Shown here piece after piece: positions 19,031 to 26,707 of a stretch of DNA of 64,000 nt. Numbering within the stretch: position 1 is the first letter of the stretch; the number at the start of each line of letters is the position of its first letter. The DNA is taken from assembly GCA_001916005.1 (NCBI GenBank), contig MNRP01000056.1:182-64181 (forward strand), given 5' to 3'. The stretch comes from Clostridium sp. 26_22. Its GTDB lineage: Bacteria; Bacillota; Clostridia; TANB77; CAG-508. The notes under the pieces are model-generated. The model searched no databases and had not been told where the DNA came from. It was given only the letters and a program-made list of their open reading frames with translations. A program made the position numbers and the translations under genes.

Positions 19031-19070
19031 AAAAATTTTAAAAAAGGTAAAAATCTAAATTCTTACCTTT
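19031..19070 (-). terminator. intrinsic terminator for minus-strand transcripts coming from 19.1-20.5 kb
   Basis: AAAGGUAA...UUACCUUU followed by a U-rich tract. Confidence 0.5.
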
Positions 19071-19182
19071 GATTTTACAGCTCCCACTTATCGGTAGGGT
19101 TCACCTGATTTTCAACTGTTGCTATTAATGTTTAATTTTTAATAATTTTTTGTTAATTTTTCGTTACAATTTTTTATATTTT

Positions 19183-19212
19183 CTTGACTTTATTATTATA
19201 CTTATCATATAA
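19183..19212 (+). promoter_or_regulatory. putative sigma-A promoter TTGACT-18-TATAAT for the antisense sRNA
   Basis: Hexamers read directly. Predicted TSS is about 19218-19220. Confidence 0.5.
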
Positions 19213-19217
19213 TATAA

Positions 19218-19308
19218 ATAGGAAAAGATAAATCCGTTAGATACGGTTTTGCCTATAAATAGTTAAATAAACCATTCATCTCGGTCAAAAGTAGAATGGT
19301 TTATTTTT
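19218..19308 (+). ncRNA. candidate antitoxin sRNA (about 90 nt), antisense to the 3' region of the toxin mRNA
   Basis: Promoter upstream. Canonical terminator AAACCAUUC..GAAUGGUUU plus U6 (19268-19308). No ORF. Confidence 0.5.
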
Positions 19309-19420
19309 TATTTATGTAATTGCTTGTTTATCCAGTTCTTATACAGAACTGACATTAAGGCAACGTTTAATGTTAAAGATAACATTAATGATATTACAAA
19401 AAATAGTATTACTTTAATCA
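19307..19420 (-). CDS. candidate type I toxin, 37-aa hydrophobic peptide MIKVILFFVISLMLSLTLNVALMSVLYKNWINKQLHK
   Basis: ATG..TAA ORF translated by hand. One TM helix plus a polar/basic tail. The SD-like GGGUGGUG lies inside a GC-rich stem. Confidence 0.5.
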
Positions 19421-19498
19421 TAAACACCACCCGCCTTTCCTACGATGAATCGTATAATATTGGGTGGCAAAACCGTTCCACTAATTATCTATTTCCTA
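19421..19498 (-). promoter_or_regulatory. toxin mRNA 5' UTR with mutually exclusive helices around the SD
   Basis: CCACCC (19466-19461) pairs either with GGGUGG (19431-19426, the SD) or, through CCAC, with GUGG (19480-19477). Confidence 0.45.
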
Positions 19499-19504
19499 TA
19501 TTAT

Positions 19505-19533
19505 TATTCTACAATATTATTATAGTTTTGTCT
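19505..19533 (-). promoter_or_regulatory. putative promoter TAGACA-17-TAGAAT for the toxin mRNA
   Basis: Hexamers read on the minus strand. Predicted TSS is about 19498. Confidence 0.4.
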
Positions 19534-19579
19534 ATACCAATAAGTAATTTTTTACTTTTTTAATTTTTTCATATTTTTC

Positions 19580-20536
19580 CTAACTTTCTTTTATATTCCA
19601 CTTTGGTGGATACATATATTCTATTTTATCAGTTTTTGCAACATATTTCTTTTTGATTTTTGTACGATTTGATTTTAATTCTGGTACTGCCTGTCTACAA
19701 TATTTATCTAGTTCACAAAATATATTTTGACAATCTATTAATTGTAAAGGTCTATTACCTATTGGCTTAAAATCTAAACCCAATCTTTTAAATTCCTTTT
19801 CTTGATTTTTACACATATATTTTATAATTTCTTCTTTTGATAATTCACCTGTACTTATAAAACACTTTTTTATTCCTCTTTCTGACCCAGGTCCTGCTAC
19901 CGTAAATTCCATTTCACTAAAATCTACAACATTACTATAATTTATATCTGTAATTAATTGATATGCCATAAAATTTCCAATAAGAGGATATGATTTTATT
20001 ATATTAAATGCTTCTTCCATATTTTTACTGTTAATTATTTTTGTATCAATATGGTCTTTTAAAAACATTTTTTCCAATAAGGCTAAATGATTTTCATGTT
20101 TTCTATCATAGCCAAATGCTTTATTTGCACAACTTATATATGCGTCATTATAAATTTTTTGTCCATTATTTATTGCTTTTTCTAGTATTTGTGAATATTT
20201 ATTAAAATCAAAACTTGATAAAGTTATATCTCCTATTTCATTTTCTAATAATTCCCATGTTGATTCTTTATTAAATAATTTAAATAATATTATTCTAAAA
20301 ATCATATCTGCATCTGTATATTTTTTACCATTATAAATCACATTTTTTAATAAGTATTGGCTTACTCTATCATTTACTCTATAGCTATTGCAAAACTTAA
20401 ATTCTTGCAAAATTTCATCTTTTGTCCATGGTGCTGGTTCTCCATTTTTCTTTTTTAGAAAAATATTTTGCCTTTCACATGCAAAATACCAATATAGATT
20501 GTATATTTTTTCTCTTTTTATTATTTTTTCTTCCAA
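19580..20536 (-). CDS. 5-hmdU DNA kinase-like / DNA base hypermodification family protein (helical domain)
   Basis: 318 aa. N-terminal signature YWYFACERQNIFLKKKNGEPAPWTKDEILQEFKFCNSYRVNDRVSQYL matches my recollection of the 5-HMUDK/aGPT-Pplase-type family. TTG start with AAGGAGA RBS. Confidence 0.55.
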   Translation of the reverse strand: MEEKIIKREKIYNLYWYFACERQNIFLKKKNGEPAPWTKDEILQEFKFCNSYRVNDRVSQYLLKNVIYNGKKYTDADMIFRIILFKLFNKESTWELLENEIGDITLSSFDFNKYSQILEKAINNGQKIYNDAYISCANKAFGYDRKHENHLALLEKMFLKDHIDTKIINSKNMEEAFNIIKSYPLIGNFMAYQLITDINYSNVVDFSEMEFTVAGPGSERGIKKCFISTGELSKEEIIKYMCKNQEKEFKRLGLDFKPIGNRPLQLIDCQNIFCELDKYCRQAVPELKSNRTKIKKKYVAKTDKIEYMYPPKWNIKES

Positions 20537-20607
20537 TTTTTTATCTCCTTATTTTATAAGTACTTACATTTTATCATATATAATATTTTTTTCAACTTTT
20601 TTAGGCG

Positions 20608-20645
20608 AAAAATAAGACCAAAATAATTCATAATATTTTGGTCTT
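20608..20645 (-). terminator. intrinsic terminator after the Ham1-like gene
   Basis: 12-bp stem AAGACCAAAAUA/UAUUUUGGUCUU followed by AUUUUU. Confidence 0.65.
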
Positions 20646-20668
20646 ATTTTTGGTTTAATCATATTAAA

Positions 20669-21274
20669 TTAAATTGCTTTTAATATGGTTTCAAAAGCTT
20701 TCTTTCTTGGTCCTATGTTATCTTTTTCTTCTGGACTAAGTTCAGAAAGTGTTTTGTCATAACCTTTTGCTTTGAAATATTGGTCAAATCCAAATTCTCT
20801 TTGACCTGCTTTCTGGCACATATCTCCATCTAATTTTTCTTCTACATATATAGTTCTTTCATTATCTATAAAAGCCATTGCAGTAACCCAATGTGCAGTA
20901 GTATCTTTATTTTCACTCTCTCCCATAAGGTCTAAAATTATAGGATATAGTTCACTTGGTTTGTCTACGTTTACATTTGAACCTGGACAAAGTTTTTCTA
21001 GACAACGTTTGGTATAAACACCTGGATATCCATCTAAGGCATCTATCTCTATTCCAGAATCTTCAGCAATTACTGGCATTTTTAATTTTTCTGCCCAATA
21101 TTTTGCTTTTATTGTTGCATTTTCCAAAAATGTTTTTCCTGTTTCCTCTGCTTGAGGTAGATTTGTTGCTTCTGGTATGTCTTTTAAGCAAAGTATTTTT
21201 ATATTATCTGGTGCCATCCTTTGCATTTCTTCTGCTTTTTTTTGGTTACAACTTGCGAAAACTATTTGTTTCAT
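20669..21274 (-). CDS. Ham1/RdgB family non-canonical purine NTP pyrophosphatase, divergent
   Basis: 201 aa. Conserved EETGKTFLENA, AEDSGIEIDAL.GYPGVY and FGFDQYF. Several canonical residues differ (SCNQKK for TGNxGK, GPRKKA for SHRxxA). Confidence 0.75.
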   Translation of the reverse strand: MKQIVFASCNQKKAEEMQRMAPDNIKILCLKDIPEATNLPQAEETGKTFLENATIKAKYWAEKLKMPVIAEDSGIEIDALDGYPGVYTKRCLEKLCPGSNVNVDKPSELYPIILDLMGESENKDTTAHWVTAMAFIDNERTIYVEEKLDGDMCQKAGQREFGFDQYFKAKGYDKTLSELSPEEKDNIGPRKKAFETILKAI

Positions 21275-21350
21275 TTTTTCCTCCTTAAATTTTCTTGGAG
21301 GTTTAAAACCTCCAAGTTTTGTACTTTTTGGTTTTTAAAACTAAATACAT
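21275..21350 (-). promoter_or_regulatory. conserved 5' leader, copy 2 (four-segment SD/anti-SD switch-like element)
   Basis: Hairpin CUUGGAGG-UUUUAAA-CCUCCAAG (21294-21316) and upstream AAAACCAAAAAG (21325-21336). Near-identical to 4158-4241. Confidence 0.55.
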
Positions 21351-21355
21351 TTCAT

Positions 21356-21384
21356 ATTATAGCATTTTTTTATGTCAATATCAA
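21356..21384 (-). promoter_or_regulatory. putative sigma-A promoter TTGATA-17-(TGc)TATAAT
   Basis: Hexamers read on the minus strand. Confidence 0.5.
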
Positions 21385-21399
21385 GATTAAATATAATTT

Positions 21400-21701
21400 C
21401 TATCTCCATATCTCCCCATTTATATGTTTTGTTAATGCCATTATAAATGCATTTTTTGTTAAATCTATTCTTGTTATTTCATCTCTTGTTAAGAAACTTA
21501 TTCCACCCTTTCCTTTTCCAGATTCTTTTATATTAAATATTTTATCCATAACTTTTCCAAGTTCTGTTTCTTTTATTTCATTTATGTATTTATCTGGAAT
21601 AGGAAATCCTTGGCTTGTTCCTACACTTTGAAATCCTTTTGCATCTTCTATAACTACCGCATTTATATCAATCCATTCTCCCAAAAGATTAATATTTTCA
21701 T
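21400..21701 (-). CDS. hypothetical protein (about 100 aa), either frameshifted in a T4 run near 21685-21690 or starting at the TTG at 21684
   Basis: ATG at 21701 with AGGAGA RBS reads MKILIFWENGLI then stops. The 94-aa ORF continues in another frame. No family recognised. Confidence 0.4.
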
Positions 21702-21723
21702 TTTTTAATTTTATCTCCTATTT

Positions 21724-22296
21724 TTATTTATTATATTCGTATTCTCTAATTTCGCAATTTTTTATTTTTGCGCTTTGCACGTGCCCATCCTTACCAATTC
21801 CATTAAAATATGCATTTATTGCTCTACAAGTTCCACCATGAGTAACAAGTAATACATTTTTATCATTATATTTTTCCTTTATTTCATCTAAAACTTCCCA
21901 TACTCTTTTGCATATATCTTGTATTGGTTCTATATTTTGTTTATTCCAATTCAAATTATAATAATTTACTATGCTCACATTATCTCCAACTATCTCTTTC
22001 CATTCTTCATCTGTTTTCCCTTCAAGATTTCCGTAACCTCTTTCTATTATTCTTTCATCAATTATAATTTCACTATTTATGGTTTCATTTATTATTTCTG
22101 CTGTTTTTCTTGTTCTTTTTAATGGCGAACATATTATTAAATCTATTTTATATTTTTTTAATTGTTCCTTTGCATTTTGTGCTTGTTTTATTCCTGTATT
22201 ATTTAGTTCTATATCTGTTCTTCCTTGGCATTTTTCTTTTACGTTCCAGTCTGTTTGTCCATGTCTAATTACATATAATTTCATATTTTTCTCCAT
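21724..22296 (-). CDS. histidine phosphatase family protein (phosphoglycerate mutase/CobC-like)
   Basis: LYVIRHGQTDWN RHG motif and a C-terminal THGG motif. Confidence 0.8.
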   Translation of the reverse strand: MEKNMKLYVIRHGQTDWNVKEKCQGRTDIELNNTGIKQAQNAKEQLKKYKIDLIICSPLKRTRKTAEIINETINSEIIIDERIIERGYGNLEGKTDEEWKEIVGDNVSIVNYYNLNWNKQNIEPIQDICKRVWEVLDEIKEKYNDKNVLLVTHGGTCRAINAYFNGIGKDGHVQSAKIKNCEIREYEYNK

Positions 22297-22322
22297 TCTA
22301 TTTAATAAAAGTTCAACTTATA

Positions 22323-22982
22323 TTATTTATTATAATATTCATTTAATGATTTATAGTAAGGTCTTGGAGCATTACCAACTTTATATAGTTCACCCTTTTT
22401 TGCATTTTTTATAATATCATGTGCTGGTTCAAAATAAGCATCCATACTATCTGCATAATTTATTATAATTACTTCTAACATTTTTGGAAGAACTAGTGCA
22501 CCCCACTCACTATATTCATTCATATGGCTTCCTATCATATGAATAACTTGATTTTTAAATTGTTCATCTATTTCATATTCCTTTAGATAATTTTCAACAA
22601 TATGAGTTCCTTCATATGAATGCCCTAATAATGCCATACTATTTCCATTTATAGAATCATAATTTTCTTCTCTAAAATCATTAAAATCGTTACATTTTCC
22701 TATATCATGAAGTAAAGCTCCAAAAATAACTAAATCTTTGTCAACTTCTAAATCTGAATATAAGTTACATATTTCAATAGAATTTCTTGTAACACTATAT
22801 ATATGATATAATAATCCGCCTTTATAAAAATGATGAGAACCCGGTGTTGCTGGTTTATTTAGTAATTTTTCTTTATAATCTGCAAAAGCCTTTTGAGCAA
22901 CTTCTTTTAATATTGAATTTTTAATTTCGTTGCTATAATTAATACATTCATTATATATTTTTTCTAAGTTAATTTCTTTCAT
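22323..22982 (-). CDS. HD-domain phosphohydrolase (YhaM-type HD domain without the OB fold)
   Basis: Motifs HHFYKGGLLYH and ALLHDIGK. Start placed at the ATG with a GGGAGG RBS. Confidence 0.7.
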   Translation of the reverse strand: MKEINLEKIYNECINYSNEIKNSILKEVAQKAFADYKEKLLNKPATPGSHHFYKGGLLYHIYSVTRNSIEICNLYSDLEVDKDLVIFGALLHDIGKCNDFNDFREENYDSINGNSMALLGHSYEGTHIVENYLKEYEIDEQFKNQVIHMIGSHMNEYSEWGALVLPKMLEVIIINYADSMDAYFEPAHDIIKNAKKGELYKVGNAPRPYYKSLNEYYNK

Positions 22983-23016
22983 TTTTACTTTTCCTCCCTT
23001 ATTTCTAACCAAAAAA

Positions 23017-23931
23017 TTATTTTAAAAATTCATCCTCTATCATTACTTTACCATTTTCTATTTTTACATTTCCTCCAATTGGAATTATACTATTAACAAT
23101 TTTATGTCCAAAGCTATTACATTTGATAATTGGAAATTTATATTCTTTTGTATATTCAAGTAATATATTTTCCATTTGAGGATATGTATTTCCATCTTTT
23201 TGTAAATCATAATTATAACCAATTACAACTCCATTTATTTTATCAAATATACCATATTGTTTTAAATGTGCAAATCTTCTTTGACATTCATTTGGTGATG
23301 TTTTATAACTTTCGATAAATAAAATATTATCGTTCATATTTGGCAAATATTCTGTTCCAAGCAAATACATCATACAGCCTAAATTTGTTCCAATAATTTT
23401 TCCTGATGTATTTCCATTTCTTATAATTTTTTTATTTTCATTATTAAATTTGTCTAGTCTTTTATTTATAAAAGCATCTTCAAATATTTTATATTGTTCT
23501 TCTGCTTTTGGTTCTCCAAATGATATAAAATCTGGTCCACTAAATGTGGTTAATCCTGTTTTTTCATAAATTGCTTGAAGTAATACTGTTATATCACTAT
23601 AACCTACTAAAATTTTAGGGTGTTTTTTTATTTCTTCATAATCTAACAAATCTAAAAATGTATTGCATGTTTGTCCACCTTCTAGACATATAATTGCTTT
23701 TACTTCATCATCAAGAAACATTTTCATAAAATCTTCTGCTTTTTGTTCTTTTGTTCCGCAAGAGCCATAATAGTCTTCTTCTACATATTTTCCAAATTTT
23801 ATTTTGAAATTTTTGTTTTCAAAAAATTGCTTTGCTCTGATAAAGTTGTTATATTTATTATTTAAGAATAAACTGTTTGATACTCCTACTACTCCAATGG
23901 TATCTCCATAATTTAATTTGTTTGCTAACAT
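23017..23931 (-). CDS. LD-carboxypeptidase (peptidase S66, LdcA/MccF-like)
   Basis: 304 aa with a GYSDITVLL nucleophile motif and a C-terminal His region. Confidence 0.8.
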   Translation of the reverse strand: MLANKLNYGDTIGVVGVSNSLFLNNKYNNFIRAKQFFENKNFKIKFGKYVEEDYYGSCGTKEQKAEDFMKMFLDDEVKAIICLEGGQTCNTFLDLLDYEEIKKHPKILVGYSDITVLLQAIYEKTGLTTFSGPDFISFGEPKAEEQYKIFEDAFINKRLDKFNNENKKIIRNGNTSGKIIGTNLGCMMYLLGTEYLPNMNDNILFIESYKTSPNECQRRFAHLKQYGIFDKINGVVIGYNYDLQKDGNTYPQMENILLEYTKEYKFPIIKCNSFGHKIVNSIIPIGGNVKIENGKVMIEDEFLK

Positions 23932-23978
23932 AGTTTTTCCTCCAACATTTTTAACAGTATATTTTTTAGGGAGATTTT

Positions 23979-24785
23979 TTAAGTTCCTGTACTTCTATAT
24001 TTATTTAATGCCCAATTCCAAACTCTAATTGCTATTATCCATAAAATTATCACTACAACTGGAGATAAATAAATCATGTATTTATCCATTCCTAAATAAT
24101 TCATTGTTGGATAATATGCAACAAATGCAAATGGTAAAATTACTGTTATTAGTATTTTTATAAATCCATTATATATATCAATTGGATATTGTGCAAATGT
24201 ATGTATTCTGTAAAATGTCCATATTACTTCATTAGACTTATATGTCCAAAATGATGAAATACTAAATATTGTTAATATAGCTCCCATAATTGCAGCTCCC
24301 ATAATACTAAATGCCACTATTTTCAATATCAATAAAAATGTTATCGGAATAGATAACTCTATTAACATTTTTATTGTTATAAATAATCCTAATCCAAAAT
24401 ATCCAATAGCAGTAAAAGCCTTTGAATTTCCAATTATTGAAATTAACGGATGAACTGGTCTTAACAAAATTTTATCAAATTCTCCATCTCTAATATATTT
24501 TGGTCCTATATCATATAATGCGTCAAAACATAAGTCTAAAATTCCATTTGATATTAATGTTGTTCCATATAATAAAAGGACTTGTTTAAAATTCCAGCCT
24601 GCTAAATTATCTGTATTTTGAAATGTAATCCAAATGAATATAACTTCTACTGCTTGAGTGACTATTTGTGAAATTATACCTGTTAAGCAATCTATTCTAT
24701 ATATTAGTAGTTCTTTTAAAGATGCCACAAAAAATGATAAGTATAATTTAATATTGTCAAATACTTTTTTCATTTTATCCTCCAT
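23979..24785 (-). CDS. ABC-2 family transporter permease
   Basis: 268 aa, six TM helices. Translationally coupled to the upstream permease and ATPase genes. Confidence 0.65.
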   Translation of the reverse strand: MEDKMKKVFDNIKLYLSFFVASLKELLIYRIDCLTGIISQIVTQAVEVIFIWITFQNTDNLAGWNFKQVLLLYGTTLISNGILDLCFDALYDIGPKYIRDGEFDKILLRPVHPLISIIGNSKAFTAIGYFGLGLFITIKMLIELSIPITFLLILKIVAFSIMGAAIMGAILTIFSISSFWTYKSNEVIWTFYRIHTFAQYPIDIYNGFIKILITVILPFAFVAYYPTMNYLGMDKYMIYLSPVVVIILWIIAIRVWNWALNKYRSTGT

Positions 24786-25566
24786 TTATTGTTATTTTCT
24801 TTACTGAATAATTAAAAAACGCTTTTGATATTACATATAAAATTAATGACCATGCTATTAATTTTAATATTATAAAACCTATTTCATTTAAAGGAATATT
24901 TCCTAAATAAATATTTATAGGAGTATATATAAATTCTTTGAATGGAAGTATATTTGCAATTTTTTGAAACCATTCTGGAAATAATGTAAGTGGTGCTATT
25001 AATCCAGAAAAAATTGATATAGTTGATTGTCTTAAAATTTGCATTCCCCATATTGAATTTGTGTAAAATCCAATTGTTCCAACTATCATTTGTATAAAAA
25101 ATGATATTGGAAGTATAAGTATTATTACAAATATAAATAATAAAAAATTTATAAAACTTACTGGAAGTTGTACACTCCAAAAAATTGAGCATATTACAAA
25201 TGTAGCTATTGAGATTGGAATTGCATATCCAATTTCTCCCATATATAATCCAAAACAATATTTAAAATATGACATTGGACTTAGTAATTCTTTATTTAGT
25301 TGACCTTTTCTAATTGATTTTGCAATATCTTCGTTTATTCCCCATGTTGCAATTGCTTTTATTGAAATAACTAAAATATAATATGTAACCATATATTCTA
25401 GGCTATAGCCACCAGCATTTCCTGTTTGATAATATATTGCTTGCCATATAAAAACATAAACAACTACTTCTACTATTCTGTTTAATGTCCATAAAAAGAA
25501 ATTTGATTTATAAATAGAATATTGTTTAAAATGTACTCGTGCTAACGCTAACCATGTTTCTAACAT
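24775..25566 (-). CDS. ABC-2 family transporter permease
   Basis: 263 aa, polytopic. Overlapping start/stop with its neighbours. Confidence 0.65.
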   Translation of the reverse strand: MLETWLALARVHFKQYSIYKSNFFLWTLNRIVEVVVYVFIWQAIYYQTGNAGGYSLEYMVTYYILVISIKAIATWGINEDIAKSIRKGQLNKELLSPMSYFKYCFGLYMGEIGYAIPISIATFVICSIFWSVQLPVSFINFLLFIFVIILILPISFFIQMIVGTIGFYTNSIWGMQILRQSTISIFSGLIAPLTLFPEWFQKIANILPFKEFIYTPINIYLGNIPLNEIGFIILKLIAWSLILYVISKAFFNYSVKKITINGG

Positions 25567-26552
25567 ATTTTTACTCCTCTATATATTTCTTTTAATATAT
25601 CTTCTAATTCTGCTTCTTTCATATGAATATCTACTATATCTCCATATTTCATTTCTACTATTTTTACAATTGTCATTCTATTATGGTCAAATTTTATTTT
25701 TATATTTTTTTCGTTTTCTTCTACAATTTCAAAATCTTCATCATATAGTTTTTCAGTTATACTTGTTTTTTTGTTTTTTAAAATGATTTCGGCTGAAACA
25801 CTATTTCCATATGTATCTTTAAATTTTTGTTTTTCTCCATCAAAGATGATTTGACCTTTATCTAATAATATTATTCTATCACATACATCTTCAATGTCCT
25901 TTAAATCATGTGTTGTAAGTATTACTGTTGTATTTTTTTCTTTATTTATATCTTTAATAAATTTTCTTATATTTTCTTTTACTAAAACATCCAATCCAAT
26001 TGTTGGTTCATCTAAATATACTATTTTGGGATTATGCAAAAATGTTGCTGCAATTTCGCATCTCATTTTTTGTCCCAAACTTAAATTTTTCACTTGTTTT
26101 TCTAATAAATCTTCTAACTGTAATAATTCAGTAAATTGTTTTAAATTTTTCCTATATTCATTTTCTGGAATTTTATACATTTTCTTAATTAGTCTAAAAG
26201 ATTCGATTACAGGCAAGTCCCACCATAGTTGTGTTTTTTGTCCAAAAACTGCACCTATATTTTTGTTGTTTTCTATTCTTTTTTCATTTGGTACAATTCC
26301 ATTTACTACAACTTGTCCAGAGGTTGGTGTTAATAGTCCTGTGAGCATTTTTATTGTTGTTGATTTTCCTGCTCCGTTTTCTCCTATGTAACCTACTAAT
26401 TCTCCTTCATTAATATTGAAATTTATATTATTTACTGCTGTAAATTCTTTGTATTGGGGTTTAATTAAATTTTTTAGATAACCTTTTAGTCCATCTTGTT
26501 TTTCTATAATTTTATATTTTTTCACTAAATTTTTTACTTCTATAATTGCCAT
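25560..26552 (-). CDS. ABC transporter ATP-binding protein
   Basis: Walker A GENGAGKST, signature LSLGQKMR, Walker B IVYLDEPT. Confidence 0.9.
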   Translation of the reverse strand: MAIIEVKNLVKKYKIIEKQDGLKGYLKNLIKPQYKEFTAVNNINFNINEGELVGYIGENGAGKSTTIKMLTGLLTPTSGQVVVNGIVPNEKRIENNKNIGAVFGQKTQLWWDLPVIESFRLIKKMYKIPENEYRKNLKQFTELLQLEDLLEKQVKNLSLGQKMRCEIAATFLHNPKIVYLDEPTIGLDVLVKENIRKFIKDINKEKNTTVILTTHDLKDIEDVCDRIILLDKGQIIFDGEKQKFKDTYGNSVSAEIILKNKKTSITEKLYDEDFEIVEENEKNIKIKFDHNRMTIVKIVEMKYGDIVDIHMKEAELEDILKEIYRGVKIC

Positions 26553-26707
26553 ATTTTCTCCTTTTTTCCAATTTATTATTTTTCAAATTTTTCTATATCT
26601 TTTAATACAAATCCCATAATCAAAATATAGTCATTATTTTTTTAGTGCATCTATTGCTATTATTATATTAGATTCTGATTTTATTTTCATTTTTTCTTTC
26701 ATTATTG

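Noticed and set aside
19085-19115. Locally GC-rich segment CAGCTCCCACTTATCGGTAGGGTTCACCTG, considered as a tRNA/tmRNA fragment or att site
   Set aside because: No cloverleaf or T-arm consensus (GGTTCGAATCC-like) can be drawn, and no matching direct repeat was found elsewhere in the window. It may simply be part of the toxin transcript 3' region or a gene relic.
19324-19563. 79-aa plus-strand ORF in the 19.1-19.6 kb gap
   Set aside because: It has no RBS, starts from TTG, and crosses the predicted toxin promoter and 5' UTR. The convergent small-ORF/sRNA interpretation explains the promoters, terminator and repeats far better.
24884-25258. 124-aa same-strand ORF nested in the ABC-2 permease gene (also 8087-8305 and 691-876)
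   Set aside because: These are alternative frames inside well-supported genes. They have no RBS and no recognisable motifs.
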